A stretch of DNA of 64,000 nt from Eledone cirrhosa. Lineage: Eukaryota. The notes beneath the pieces are model-generated. The model saw only the letters and a list, made by a program, of their open reading frames with translations. It made no database searches and was not told the origin of the DNA. A program made the translations under genes and the position numbers. Below are positions 12,964 to 27,409 of the stretch, piece after piece (position 1 is the stretch's first letter; each line of letters opens with the position of its first letter). The stretch lies in contig OZ024741.1 in NCBI GenBank assembly GCA_964016885.1, positions 181,908,001-181,972,000 of the forward strand. Direction: 5' to 3'.

Positions 12964-14811
12964 CTCGTTTGCTGTAAGGAAGTGGTTCGGGAACTTAGGA
13001 CACCAGATGCGTCTATCTTTGTGGCTTGGACGAGAAAAAAGGAAAACATTTATTCCTGTATTAGTTTGCATTTAATTCGAAGTAGAATAAATAATTCTGC
13101 CATTCCATTGTCTCCGTGTTATAAATATTCGATATTTTTTCAGGGTTTTCGCATCTATACTCTGGTCTCTAAGGTAAAATAAATATTTATTAGATTACTT
13201 GGGGATATTATTGTATTTTAATTCAGCAAAGTTTCCTCTATAACCACTACTTTTTTTAAGAATTGGATTTGACAATTGTGGTATTTTTATGTTTACTTAA
13301 TCTTACTTATAATCCTGTTTATAAATCTTTATTTTCATTTTCAAACAATGTTGTCTTTTTTGTTTCTGGAACGGACAAGTGTTGAGTTATCTTTATTTTA
13401 GGTGATATTAACACTCATATACTTTTAAACAATCAATATCTCTAAGTTTATTTTCTCTCAAATACACTTAATACACGATATAATCCTACTTTTTCCTCGT
13501 GACTGTAATTCTATTTTCTTCATTCTACGAAACTTTATTTTTAAAACATTTTAATGACTAGCAAAAATCTTAATCCTGTATTCGGTTCGTTTCGTTTTAC
13601 TTACTCTCTTTATTTAGTCAAAATCTTGTTAGTGAAAGAAGAATTTTTCTAATGTATACAATATTTGCTAATGTATACAATTATTCTCTTCTTTGCAATT
13701 ATGTTCTTCTTCAAGATATTTGCAGTTATATTTAAACAAAGATATTTGAATTCAAACCTCGGATCTAGTTATTCCAATTGAAAAACCCTGTGCATTCTAA
13801 AAATAAGTATGTTAACTGTAATCACAAAATCATTGATTGATACCGAAAATATACGCACGTTTTTTGAATTTTAAAACAGAACATGTATCTCGTAATAGAT
13901 TTTAGCCAATTTGAAGTCTGCTTTTATTCGTACATGACCATTAAATGAAAGAATATAGCAACTGTGTAGCATCATTTTAATGGCAACAACCTCCCATAAA
14001 ACGATTTGAGTTTGGAAACATCTTTCTGTCTATGTCTGAATTGCTATTGTCTTCTCTGTGTTATAAGATCAATAAATTGTTCTAATATATAGTTCTACGT
14101 AAATCTATCTAGTCGATGTTGTAGCAATTACTCAATTACGTAGTAAAGTGTTGGTGAACCAGCCAACTTAACCATTGACCTGTACCAGGATTAAGTTTAA
14201 ATGCAGCTGCCATTGTCTATTTTCACCAGATTTATATGTACGTCACTTACGTTTATGTTATACTTATTTCATCTCAAACCATAAAAATAATTGTCTACTT
14301 CTCTAATCACATACATAAAATTCTTGATATATTCTACATTAGTATTTGCGTAATTTCGAAGTTCATTTTATTCTCACAATGTGTGATTAATGAATCTCAT
14401 AGTATTCATTCCTCTAGTGAAGTTGGACATTGACATACTGTGATTATTTAGAGAATATGCGAATAATAACCTTATGAATTGTAGCTAAATTTGGATATCA
14501 AATTATTATATTATAGGCGAAATACAATAATTTCTGTGGCATTGAATAAGCGCTCATTAAAAGATCAAACAAGATACTAAGACGTGAAACCAAAATATTC
14601 CTTGTTCATATATTAGAATCTAGTGTGAAATCATAGGAACAAACAAAACAGAGTTCATCAGTCTTATCTTTCTCCCCTATGTTATCACTTATTATCTTTG
14701 CCTTTCTCGATTACACGCCATACTCAGCAACAATTCAGCTCTATATATCGACACATACATATTCTACATGTCTATGTATATGTGTTTATGTGTGTGTGTA
14801 TGTGTGTGTGC

Positions 14812-14897
<86 letters not shown>

Positions 14898-15181
14898 CTC
14901 TCTGTGTATCGATATATATGTATCTGTGTATGTTTAATATCTATATAACTTATTATATACCATAACGTAGTTGCTATAAGGCTTTAGTGGTAGTTACTTA
15001 CCATACTAGTTACACCTATTAGCTCTTGAGTGAAATTTTTATTTCAACTAACTGTCACTTATTGTTATTAAATATATAACATAATAAATACGTTTGTATG
15101 AACTTATTATACACACACACACATATAAACCTGCTAATTCTTATGCAGTAATTAAACACGGCCATTACAATGAATTCTGCA

Positions 15182-15379
15182 TACGAGGGTGAAACGTTCA
15201 TATGCTGATCATGATACTCTCAAGGAATGATCAAATGATGTTTATTTTTCAACAGAGTCCATGGAAAAAAACAATGCAGTTAATACGAAGATGAGTTGAA
15301 ATTAATGCATGCAAGATTTCACAGCTCTAGCATTATTCCTTCATAGTCAGCCTATGAACTTTTCAGCCCACCCTCGTAA
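15182..15379. mobile_element. Mariner-derived MITE
   Basis: TA-CGAGGGTG... and ...CACCCTCG-TA termini with imperfect TIRs (GTTCATATGCTGA / TCAGCCTATGAAC). Confidence 0.7.
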
Positions 15380-15874
15380 ATTTGTTCTGTTTAAATTTAT
15401 TCAATAGTTGTGTTTGATTCACTATAAAGTGAACTTCGTATCAACTAGAATACAATAGGTGTATAACATAGCTACAAATTAAAAATTAGACTGTGATCGA
15501 ATTTTCCTTATTTCGGGGTCGATAAATAAAGTATCAGTCAGAGGACTGTGGATTAGCGGAATTGTTAATGACTCGATTCTGTGCTTTCTGAGTTCAAATA
15601 GCATACCTCCTTCAGCTATGAGTTGAGAACGACAGATAGTCGCAACAATGGAGACATAAGTGGAAACAAAGCTTCCTTGGTCCCACAACATTTTCCAAAG
15701 GCTAATTCACTAGTTCACTTCCTTTTTCTCGGCGAGTGTCAACAATTTTATGTATCTCTGCTTTTATCTTCCTTTTTTTTTCTTTTCTTGCGATGCTTAT
15801 ATCATTCGTCGATATAGAAGAGCAAAATACATTCGCACACCAACACACTCACTTGTCGAATATATATATATAGG

Positions 15875-15946
15875 GTCGTCAAGTATGAAATTTGTAGAAA
15901 TTTCTTTTTTTTCTAGCAAAGTCTACACATTTCATACTTGACGACG
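15875..15946. repeat. Small fold-back in (TA)n (~24-bp arms)
   Basis: GTCGTCAAGTATGAAATTTGTAGA / TCTACACATTTCATACTTGACGAC. Confidence 0.7.
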
Positions 15947-16038
15947 CAATATATATATATATTTAAGACATTGTAAGTAAGCATCTGATAGAGGGTAAAG
16001 TATGCACCTTAGTTCTGTGTAAACCACCTTTTTAGTGC

Positions 16039-16074
<36 letters not shown>

Positions 16075-16080
16075 GTTTAA

Positions 16081-16232
16081 TATAGAAATGGCTTCTACAG
16101 GACTAGAAATGTTTCATTCTCCAGAATGAAACCGATCTAGTCCTGTAGAAGCCATTTATATATCAATTATTTATACTCTTCTATTGAGTACCTTAATTAC
16201 TGTGGTTACCCCCGATGGAACAGGGGATAAAC
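16081..16232. mobile_element. Fold-back pLTR, family G, centred on HHR stem II; related linear copy ~16511-16650 (minus)
   Basis: Centre GTTTCATTCT-CC-AGAATGAAAC; the linear relative reads CTGATGA-TTTCTAAAGAAT-CAAA on minus. Confidence 0.75.
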
Positions 16233-16233
16233 T

Positions 16234-16275
<42 letters not shown>

Positions 16276-16285
16276 AACAATGAGT

Positions 16286-16477
16286 TATATGGTTTGTTGA
16301 TTATAATTCAACGAAGTTATTTTTATAACAGATTTGAAGCACTCTACAAGATTTATCTGGAGTATTATTAATATTAACAATATTAATAAATAGAAAATAT
16401 CATTTATAATGCCATATTTATTTTTATAAAATAAATATGGTATTATAAATGATATTTTCCATTTATTAATATTGTTA

Positions 16478-16481
<4 letters not shown>
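16286..16481. mobile_element. Fold-back pLTR end (arms 16371-16424 and 16428-16481, tail to the left)
   Basis: Inverted arms; tail homologous to 61388-61430, the end of a GIY-YIG-coding PLE. Confidence 0.75.
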
Positions 16482-16511
<30 letters not shown>

Positions 16512-17096
16512 CGTTATTCCGGGTTGAGTCGAAGGTAACCACAGTACGTAAGGTACTCAATACATAGCAGAGTATAAAAGTTTTAACATAGATGAGATTC
16601 TACAGGACTAGAGCTATTTGATTCTTTAGAAATCATCAGCAATCAGGGTATCAAAAAATAAATATGGTATTTATAGGTCTCTTCATGTGGTAGGAGAGGG
16701 TGGAGAGTGGGATGGCTAGAGGTCATTGGTTGATAGAAAAGGAAATTCATTAAAAGGCTAATTTATTAAAGCTATAATTTATATTTAGAGTAACAAAGGT
16801 AGAAAGAATTCTATAAACAAGTTCAGAATGGGGTGCCACTCCTTATTTTTAAGTTTCTCTTGAGCTAACAATGCCTATATTTTTGGTATCTATAAGATCG
16901 TTGGGGGTCGGTCATGGTAGATGGATTTAAAGAAAAGGGAAATTCTTTAAAAGCTAATTCTTTAAAGTTCTACTTAGAGTGACAAAGGCCAAAAGAATTC
17001 TATAGACCAGTTCAAAATATTGGGTGCCTATCATATCATTATCTTCAAATTTCTCTTAAGCTATATTCCAGGTGTCAGCAGACACAATCACAAACA

Positions 17097-17225
<129 letters not shown>

Positions 17226-17288
17226 ACCCACATACATATATATATACATATATATACATATATATACATATATATATATATATATACA

Positions 17289-19254
17289 TAGAGTACTGGA
17301 TAAATGTTTCCCTAGGGCCCACAAGTACCATAAAATATTCAACAGGCACACGGTGAAACTTTCCTACTCAACCACACGCTCCGTAGTCCAGCACATAGCT
17401 GGCATAAATAGGAATAGGCCTCTAATAAATAGGAATAGACCTCTAATACCACCGTAAACCCCGGAGCCACCCAACAGAACCAGCACGCGGGACGCAACGG
17501 AACCCGGTCAGGCCCAACTAGCACACCGGAACCCAACGACCCTGTGCTGATTACGGAGGCTACCCAGCCAACCCAGAGTGATGGTAACCACGCGGTACAT
17601 GTGGTGGGGCTTAAGAAGTCATGTAATTGCAGAGAATCATCCCTATGCCCCCTTAGTAATGAATGCATGACGAAAAACGTGGTCTACAGGTGAAGGTCAC
17701 ACCCCCTAACTCGGAGCACCACTACATAGGATCCACAGCGACGAGCTTAAAAGATCGGTGGTATAACCATCGCCATTCCTTTAACAGAATAGATAGGAGG
17801 AAATGTACGGCCCTTTCTGAATTGATCTGGAAGCTCAAACTTGAAAAGACGCCGCACTCTCTGGCCTGGTCCGTGGTTAGAAAGGTTCCCCCAGACAGAA
17901 GCGGGTCTGGTATTTGCAATCTCTGTCTTAGTGAGGCACTCGAGATTCTTCATGGCGGAACCAAGCTATTAAACAGAAGGGCCGACTTATTCGGTGCCTG
18001 CAGACACCTAAGGACGGGAACTTTCCTCAAGCTATATGGATAAACCCGGTTAAGGCCTCCCACAACGCCCCCCCCCCCCCTGTAGGTCCCCTACACCCGG
18101 TACCAATGACCAATGGACAACAACAACCACCCATAGTTTGTGGTCCCTATGGTGGATGGTCCACCGGATCCTCTACTGGTTAGGAGTCATATAAACCACG
18201 TTTTATTGAACCTGATTTTATATATATATGTATATATGTATCATGTCTATATATATATATATTTTATATGTGTATATATGTGTACTTTATATATATGTAT
18301 GTATATATATGTATATATTTTATATATATATATGTGTGTATATGTATGTGTATTTTATATATATATATGTATGTATGTTTTATGTGTGTATATATTTTAT
18401 GTATGTGTGTATTTTATGTATATATATATTTTTTATATTTTTATATGTATATATTTTATATATATGTATGTTCTGTGTATATATGTATATATTTTATATA
18501 TATATATGTATGCTTGTGCGTACATACATGCATGCGTGTATATATATGCACACCTGTATGGATTTGTGTGTGTAGATGTGTGAGTGTCTGAGGGGGTAGG
18601 TGTGAGTGTATGTACAAGTCAACTAGTATAAAGCTTTTATTTCTAAATTTTTCTAAACTATCTAAGTATTGGACTCTAACCATTATATTAAGTATTACCA
18701 CCCCACATTTTGTATGTGTGGATGTGTGTGTGTGTCTTTGGAGGTGAGTGTGAGTGTACGTGCAAGCCAACCTACATAAGTCTTTTTATTTGTAAATTTT
18801 CTACTCCAACCATAAATTTCAGTAACACCACTTCACATAAATTCCTCAATTTAAGAATGACCTGTAGTATCTATTCATACTATTAATCTTAATTGAATAT
18901 ATATCTGACCAGGAATGCCTTTTGTGAAAAGCAATCATATGGAACTATTGTCAACTTGCCTGACGGTTTGAAATTTACAAAACCACCTGCCTCTTTGAGG
19001 TCAAATACCAACCCTACTACCATCTACAAACTGACCAATGAGAATCAAGACTATTCCTGCTGACAACATAAATTTATTCCTAACAAGCTGATATGTCCCA
19101 AGGTTCTGATACCATCAACACTATAAACACAGAGGTGGCATATCTAAGAACTGACTAACTGCCTGATAAGGTCATAGCCATTCAATGGCTATCATCGAAA
19201 TATATATACCAGTAAATAAAGGATTATGAGTTCATGCAATTGACTTATGTTTCG

Positions 19255-19258
<4 letters not shown>
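17289..19258 (+). mobile_element. 5'-truncated PLE: CxC-linker GIY-YIG remnant (17289-18043), long 3' region and terminal HHR (19158-19213)
   Basis: KIFNRHTVKLSYS...CNCRESSLCPL...HYIGST...CNLCLSE...LLNRR...CRH (frameshifted); HHR core mutated to CTGATAA here, intact CTGATGA in the copy at 57124-57179. Confidence 0.85.
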
Positions 19259-19319
<61 letters not shown>

Positions 19320-19322
<3 letters not shown>

Positions 19323-20250
19323 CTAGAGATTGATTAACATATAAAAATACATGAATAATCACAGGAGATAATTTTTGCTTGCGTGTAACCACGCATAGCT
19401 CGTTTAGGCAATATTTACCTTTAAGTGTGATTAACTTTCCTTGTATATATCCCATTAAAGAAATATATTTCACCAATTAATCAGATGGTAAGTCACGGAA
19501 AGTGGATATTATTGGATTGTCAACAAGGAAAGTGATAATTTTCAGCTATTCGTGCTCACAGAGCGAGATCAAAGCTTCAACTATCCGTTACCACGTGTTG
19601 CGTCCACACAAGATAGCGGTTTCGTTTCAGTGGCGTGAAAAGGTATTCAACAACTAGAAATAGCAGTAAAATTCTTTTCAACAGAAATAGCTCTACATTT
19701 AAGGAGCCGTATATATATATCTAAGTCCAAAATTAAGATAAATGAATTAAATGAATTTAATCTAAATCGAAATCATGGGTGTTATGACATAATGCATGCG
19801 CCATATATCCTGGGAATTTAAGCTCAAAGATAAATAAATCTGAGCATATTATAATAACTAGAGATTGATTAACATATAAAAATACATGAATAATCACAGG
19901 AGATAATTTTTGCTTGCGTGTAACCGCGCATAGCTAGTTTAGGTAATATTTACCTTTAAGTGTGATTAACCTTCCTTGTATATATCCCATTAAAGAAATA
20001 TATTTGACCAATTAATCAGATGGTAAGTCACAGAAAGTGGATATTATTGCGGTTACACGCAAGCAAAAATTATCTCCTGTGATTATTTATGTATCTTTAT
20101 ATGTTAATCAATCTCTAGTTATTATAATATGCTCAGATTTATTTATCTTTGAGCTTAAATTCCCAGGATATATGGCGCATGCATTATGTCATGACACCCA
20201 TGATTTCGATTTAGATTAAATTCATTTAATTCATTTATCTTAATTTTGGA
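19320..20250. mobile_element. Partial-tandem plus inverted repeat insertion (direct copies ~19320-19512 and ~19856-20048; inverted arms ~19726-19927 and ~20049-20250)
   Basis: Direct and inverted duplication read directly; (TA)n flanks; PLE-type architecture; no HHR core found. Confidence 0.75.
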
Positions 20251-20251
20251 G

Positions 20252-20824
<573 letters not shown>

Positions 20825-20870
20825 GAAATTTCGTTTCATTCTATTCCATTTATCGTTTTCTATTAGACTA

Positions 20871-22253
20871 TCTTACTCTATTAGACTATCTTACTCCACG
20901 ACACCAAATATAGAGGCACACATTAAGATGCTTAACACTAAAAAGATACATAACAACACCAGAACACAAATTTACAACAATAACAATACAGTCACCATTG
21001 AACACAACAGCATATCTAATACACAACCACCCACTAATAGGCAAACAAAACGTAACACACTTGTACAGGCATCGCAGCCCACCAATAATGCCAAAGTTGC
21101 CCTTGACAAATATTGTAACTGCCACCTACCTGAAACCTGTCCATTACATAATGAATGTATGCAGTCTAACCTGGTTTACCAATACACAGTGGAATCAGAC
21201 AACCAGAAATGGTATTACATCGGTGCCACTGGGAATACATTTAAAGCTCGTTGGTATACACACCGTTACGCAATGAAACATTACCAGCATCGTTATGTAA
21301 CTACCCTTGCAAACAAGACCTGCCAACTGAGGGAAAGTAACCACCAATACACCCTGAAGTGGAAAAAATTATCGAACGCGCCCCATACCGGAGTGGTATG
21401 AGAAGCTGTCGATTATGTGACCGTGAGCTGTTCCACATTTTGAGTTCGAAGTATAAGTTACTCAACAATAAAATCGAAAGATCAATTTATTGTAACCATA
21501 GACTCAAAGAAAAGTGTTCGCACTACAAGTGCAAATCGAACCCTTAACCTCTTACTACCAACTGACAAACTGCCTACTTAGACTTTATACCCTCTTAATG
21601 TATGCAAACGCTTTTAATTACCCACAAAAACCAATACCTATATCCCTCCCTTCTCCTTCATTCCTCTTCTATTTCTTCGTTTTCTTCCCTCCCCCTTTTT
21701 GGCTATCTTTTCTTTTCTTCTTTCTACCCCCCCCTCTTTGCTTTTATTTTTGTCATTATTATCCTTATCTTTATTTTTTATATATATATTTATCTCTTTA
21801 TATCTCCCCCCCTCTCTCTCTATATCCATCCCTCCCACTATGATCAATTTAATTCTCTTGAACTCACTTCATTCCACGACATGAAGTCTACATATCAAAA
21901 CTGATCAAGGAATCCTTCCACCTCTACCCCTCCCTCCATCTCAGTTTGTCACTCTACTTCTTAACTCTTCTCCCCCTTCCTCTCTCTCTATACTATTCCA
22001 TTTGTCCCCTCACCTTCTATTCCTCTTCCTCTCTCTCTATACTAGTAAATACAATTCCAAAAAAATGTTTTTCTCTATATATTAAGAACTATTTCAAGAG
22101 TAACTTACTCACTATTTTGAAAATGTTGACGTGAACAACAATTATAATTGAGTGGCTGCTATTTGCAGTATAGCAATATAAGGTTGCACTTACCAATGAA
22201 ACGGTCGTAAATACCTGGATAATACCCTTCTCTTAATGCTTACCTGTGTTTTC

Positions 22254-22258
<5 letters not shown>
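20871..22258 (+). mobile_element. 5'-truncated PLE, CxC-linker GIY-YIG remnant (20871-21547) plus 3' region
   Basis: RLSYSTTPN...[11 protein letters not shown]...NLVYQ...YYIGAT...FKARW; second frame CRLCDRE...LLNNK...CNH. Confidence 0.85.
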
Positions 22259-22284
<26 letters not shown>

Positions 22285-22311
22285 ATCTATATATATTTAT
22301 GTATATATATG

Positions 22312-25300
22312 TATAAGCCGACGCCGCTTTCCGCAGTCCCAGTTCCAACGGAATGCCTTGCAGCAGCTCCAGCTTCCGCAGTAATGGCTCTAGAGTCAGT
22401 ACGTACAGAATGGAGGAGAGAGGGCACCCGTGTCGGATGGAACGCCTGATTGCGAATGGCTCCGATAGATAGCTGTTCACCTTGACCATCGAACAGATGT
22501 TGGTGTGCATTGCGACGATCCAGCCTCTGAAGACGGACCCGAAACCGGCCGCCTTGAGAACCACTTCCAAGTATCGATGGTCGACCCTATCGAACGCCTT
22601 AGACTGATCTAAATTGATTACAGCCCCACCAAAGCCGAGTTTACACCCCACCCTCTCTATGATGTATCGCATGAGGTGGAGGTTGTTGTGTATGGACCTG
22701 GTCGGAATTGTACACGTTTTCGCTTTCCCTACCAGGTTCTCGACGACAAGCGCCAACCTCGTTGCCAACACCCTAGCCAAAATCTTTAACTCTGGGTTGA
22801 GCAAAGTTATAGGCCTAAAGTTGCCTAGTTCGTCCCCCTTGTTCTCGTCTTTCTTGATCAGCGCTACTACGCCCCTGCCTGCAGAACTGGGAATTCTCCC
22901 GTTCTGCTGCCAGTTGCAGTAGACGGCCTCGGGACGCCAGAGAACAAGTCCAGCATGCCTATGTAAAACTCATAGGGTAGACCATCTAGACCGGGGGACA
23001 TGCGTTTCCCGCAGCCGCCCAGAGCGTCCCGTATCTCAGTGGCTGTGATCGGTCTTTCGCAGAACTCGGCGTCCATGTCCGAGAGACGCGTCAGGCCGTC
23101 GAGGTATGAACCGAAGTCCATTGCCCCGTTCGACGCACCACCACCCTGCTCGAACAGTTGCGCAAAGTGCCGCTGAAAGCCGCGCACATCCGCTTGTGGT
23201 CAAGTAGCGCGCGTCCATTTTTGGTCTTTCAAAAACCGAATCGTGGACTTGTTGCCACTTTTCGCCTCTGCCACTCGGGCCCAGTTAACAGCTTTCGCTT
23301 TTCTCGTTTCCTGGAGCACGTGATTTACTTCTGACCACGCAGCCTTCGTGTTTCATGACGAAGAACTGGTCCAGTGCCGTTCTCGTTGCTAGCACTCTAG
23401 TTACGTTGCCACTCCTAAGCACCTCCTCTACCTTGGCTACTAGTTCTGTTTCTGTTTTGTTTCTCTCTAAGGCTAACTCTCTGCTAAAGTCTATCGACTC
23501 TACTCTAATTCCTTTCTTGAGGGAGTACCACTATCTGTTGTTGATGATGGCTCCCGTCAGTTGTTGCTTAACTAATCTATTTATCCGTTCACTGTAGGCT
23601 CTACGTGTCGGTAGCGACACGTTCAGCTTCCAGTATCCGGGTCCTTGTCTAAGTATTCTATCACGCTTGGCTATTCAAATGACTAGTTTGTGGTCTGAAT
23701 AGGCAACCATGTGCATTTGTGGACAGCTTAACATCTTGTCCTTCTCTCTAATGAAAAACCTATCTAAATACGATCTAGATGTCCCGCTGTGGTTTTCCCA
23801 CGTCCACTGTGGTGCAGTCGGGAAATCTAGTCGATATCTATCGGCCAGTTGGAATTGGCCGATTAGATTGTTGAGGCTGTTACATTCCCCTCTACTGGGA
23901 CAAGCTCCCACATAGTCTCATCGTGCATCTAGGATACCATTCCAGTCCACCACTAAACGTAAGGAGCGAGACGTTCCCAGAAAAGACTCTAGACGCTTAA
24001 AGAAGTCTGGCCGCGATTGCGATTGCCCGGTCGGGGCATAAATGGCCACCAGTCTGAAGGCTCCACCTCCAATACTGTTCACGTCTAGGACTACCAGTAT
24101 ACCCTCCCGGTCCAAGTGTACTTGCTGTACTTCGTCGTCCAGGTTTTTCCACTCCCCCTCCACCTCCTGGCTGACAGATAGATGCGTAGATCTCAAAGTC
24201 ATTGAAGATGGGGGTTAGTTGCTGCCTGTTGTGGATTCTGGACTCGGTGATGGCTATCATATCCATACCGTGTGACCTAAGGTCGTTTACAAGTGGGCCT
24301 GTTTCCAAGGCATCCCTAGGCCACGCACATTCACGCTCCGACCTCGTAAATTGGCCATGTTGGTGGAGAAGAATTGGCGAAAAAGGACGAAAAGGTGCAC
24401 TTACCTTTTCGTTTCCTGGAGATCGGGTTGCTCAATATCCATTTTGGTCCTGGAGGGGATGTTGGGTTGGGTGGGGAAACATTTTAACAGACGTAGTTGA
24501 TGGGTTTCTGGCAGGGTTCCCCACGTCCTGCGAAAATGTTTTCTTCCGGTCACTCTAGGTCTGCATAGAAACCCTTATAAGTTTAATGTGTGGAGACGAA
24601 TCCGCCTTCACAAAAGTTTTACCCTCGGTTTCCACCTTGGGGTTTTTGGCGATGACCTCCACTAAATCCTTGTTGCTGGTGTTGACGTATGCGTATTGTC
24701 TGTGTTTTTGTCGTATTTTTTTTGTTTGTTGTTCGTTCGGGAGTTTTCTTTCTATGGTGGGTGCTTGTGTTCGGGGTGGTGTTGGTGTTGGTTTTGCTGG
24801 TAGGGGCATGTTTGACTGTGGTATTGTTTGTGTTGTTGTTTGTGTGTTGGTGTTGGTGATTGGAGTTTTGGGGACTTTGTGGTGTTTCTTTTTTTGTTTT
24901 TGGATTTCCGAGGCTCTCCTTCTTCTTCACTTAAAGAAGGAAAAGCAGCCTCATCTGTTGTTGAATAATCATCGTCAGGAGTGTGGGGTAGGGGTATGTT
25001 GTGTGATGATGGTGTTTTGGTGTGTGTGTTTGTGGTAGTGTTTGATGGAGTTGGATGGGGTGGGGTTGTGTTCTACAGGGGTGTTGTCTCTGTTTTTTCA
25101 TTTGTTGTTGGTTGAGTGGCTGTTTGTTTTGGTGTATTTGATTGTTTCGTGTGTTGTTGTTGTTGTTGTTGTGGTCGTGGTTGTTTTTGGTGTTGGTGTT
25201 GGTAACAGTGTTTTTTTCGGATTGTTTTGTTTGAGCGTGTTTGTAAAGGGCATGAGGCCTTTAGATGTGTGGTGCTATTACAACGAAAGCAATGTGGTTT

Positions 25301-26480
25301 TCCACCTTCCACCGAAATGCTTATGTGGCTGTTGGTGCCCCCCCCCAGCACTTTTTCGGGTATTTTGGAGAATCTCTCCGGGCTCATTTGCATCAGAATC
25401 TCCAAATTTGTACCAGACCACGTGTGTCTGGTTGACGTTTTGATAGAGAGAATGGTTTATTTTCCCTTCTCTAAAAATCCTGCCAATATCCACCAAATAT
25501 TAATATTTGGTAGTATGTTTGCAATTCTGATTTTCTATGTTCTTTTTCCGAGGTATGTAGGTAAAAATGTGTATTTTTTTGACAGCATTGATGTTACTGT
25601 CCTTCGAAATGTTTCAAGACGAATTTCTGGAGGTGAGTTTATTTGAAACTCACCGTTTTCACCAAAAGTGATAAACTCCTTTGCTTCAGAGAGCATTTGT
25701 TTCGCATTGGAGAATATCGAGATCCTTGAACTCTTGTTTCTTGATGATTGTTTGCGCAAAAGTTATTTTTTTGGTGTTGTTGTTATTGTTGTTGTTGTGG
25801 TTGTCGGTTTTTCCGTTTGTAGTTGTGTCAATGGTTTTATTTTCTGTTGTTTTTTCTGTTGTTTTTGGTGTCTGTTGTACACTGTGTGGTTCAATCTTGT
25901 TTTTATATTTTGTTATCCATATTGGCTTCCATAGTGACGCCAATACCAGCGGAGTTCGAGGTAACGTTATTATTATTTGTGACTGTTTCTGTAAAAGTTA
26001 TTTTTTTTGTGTTGTTGTTGTTGTGGTTGTCAATTGTAGTTGTGTCAATTGTTTCATTTTTTGTGATTTGTTATGTCTGTTGTAAGCTGTTTGGTCCATC
26101 TTGTAAGTTGCATTTTTCGGCTTCTTGGCAAAACAAAACTTTGTTGTCACTATTTGTCTCCATAGTGACGCCTATGTAGGCAGAGGTTGCGGCAACGTTA
26201 CTCTCTGCCTTTATCTCTCTACTTTCTTCGTCAGCGTTCGCTAGCGTTCCTTCTACTAAGCTAGCCATTATCGATAGCAAAAATATTAAAATTTTTGAAA
26301 ATTTTTCAAATAAAATTTCCGCCCCATATGTGGCAAAAAATGAGATTACCGCCCAACTGACAATTCAGCCTGGGGATTAATCTACTAAACAATATATTTT
26401 TTAACAAAAAGTTCCTGTTTTTTGCATACAAAATTAACAAAACACTTACCAGCGAAGTGGCAAACGTCAACACTATCCGA
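22312..26480 (-). mobile_element. Decayed Tx1/L1-clade LINE, 3'-truncated: 5' UTR, ORF1 with CCHC knuckle, ORF2 (from 24358) with APE endonuclease and RT
   Basis: HCFRCNSTTHLKASC; MANLRGRSVNVRGL; SRSYLDRF; SDHKLV; SPGLDGLPYEFY; LDQSKAFDRVDH; HGCPLS; multiple frameshifts. Confidence 0.9.
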
Positions 26481-26483
26481 AAT

Positions 26484-26849
26484 AGATAGATATGTTTCTT
26501 TATTAGCCACAGGGGCACAAAAGAAGGGGACAAATACAAAGGGGGAATTTTACATACAATAAAAACGTGTAAAATGTTATCACAAATGCAATTTTAAAAA
26601 TTAGTCGATTTTCCCCAATAGGGAGAGACAGTTTATATGGGTAACACATACCCCCGAACAAATGTGCAACCCTCATCTCCAGGAGTACGAAGAGTTTGTA
26701 CTCCTTTCCTCTCCTCCTCCCTTCCTCAACCTACAGGCTGATATAGAGAGAAGGCCCATTCACTCGGGCCATTCTTGCCACTTTCACCCACCTTTCATAA
26801 AACTTGCTGGGGTACAGCACCTCTCTCTCCATCCTGATTCTTCTTCCAA

Positions 26850-26850
<1 letters not shown>
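26484..26850 (-). mobile_element. 3' end of a Tx1-like LINE (ORF2 C-terminus + 3' UTR) in (TATC)n
   Basis: RIRMEREVLYPSKFYERW...*, AATAAA then TATCTATC tail; near-identical to 63246-63620. Confidence 0.8.
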
Positions 26851-26907
<57 letters not shown>

Positions 26908-27409
26908 TTGTGTATATATAAATACACAAACATGTATATGTATATATAGATACATGCGGTGGTCCTCCAAAGAGTGTTTGCGACCTAATACGTCACAAGA
27001 TATTGACCAACCCAAGACCATGGTAGAAGTTTTTTAACTAGGGTGCCGTCCCAAGAGATAAAATCCGAAACCATGTGGTTTCAAAAGCAAACATCAACAT
27101 TTCCTAACCACACAATCATGTTTGCACTAACTTGATAGATAAAATTAATTACTGATGCACTGTAGACATCGCAGAAGATAAATATTCGAACATTCGTAAA
27201 AAGTTTTCATAAAAATATATAAATGATGAAAAACGTTTTAAATTAATGAATATGATAAAATTTAAAAGAGGGAAAATATATTAAAAGAACATTTCCAATA
27301 ATTGTCTTCATTTAAGCTTATTGGATATAGTCATCAAATTTTATAGTTATATTTGGCCATATTCTTAGTAAAATCAATATAACTTCATTTAACATATATT
27401 AATTTCTAT

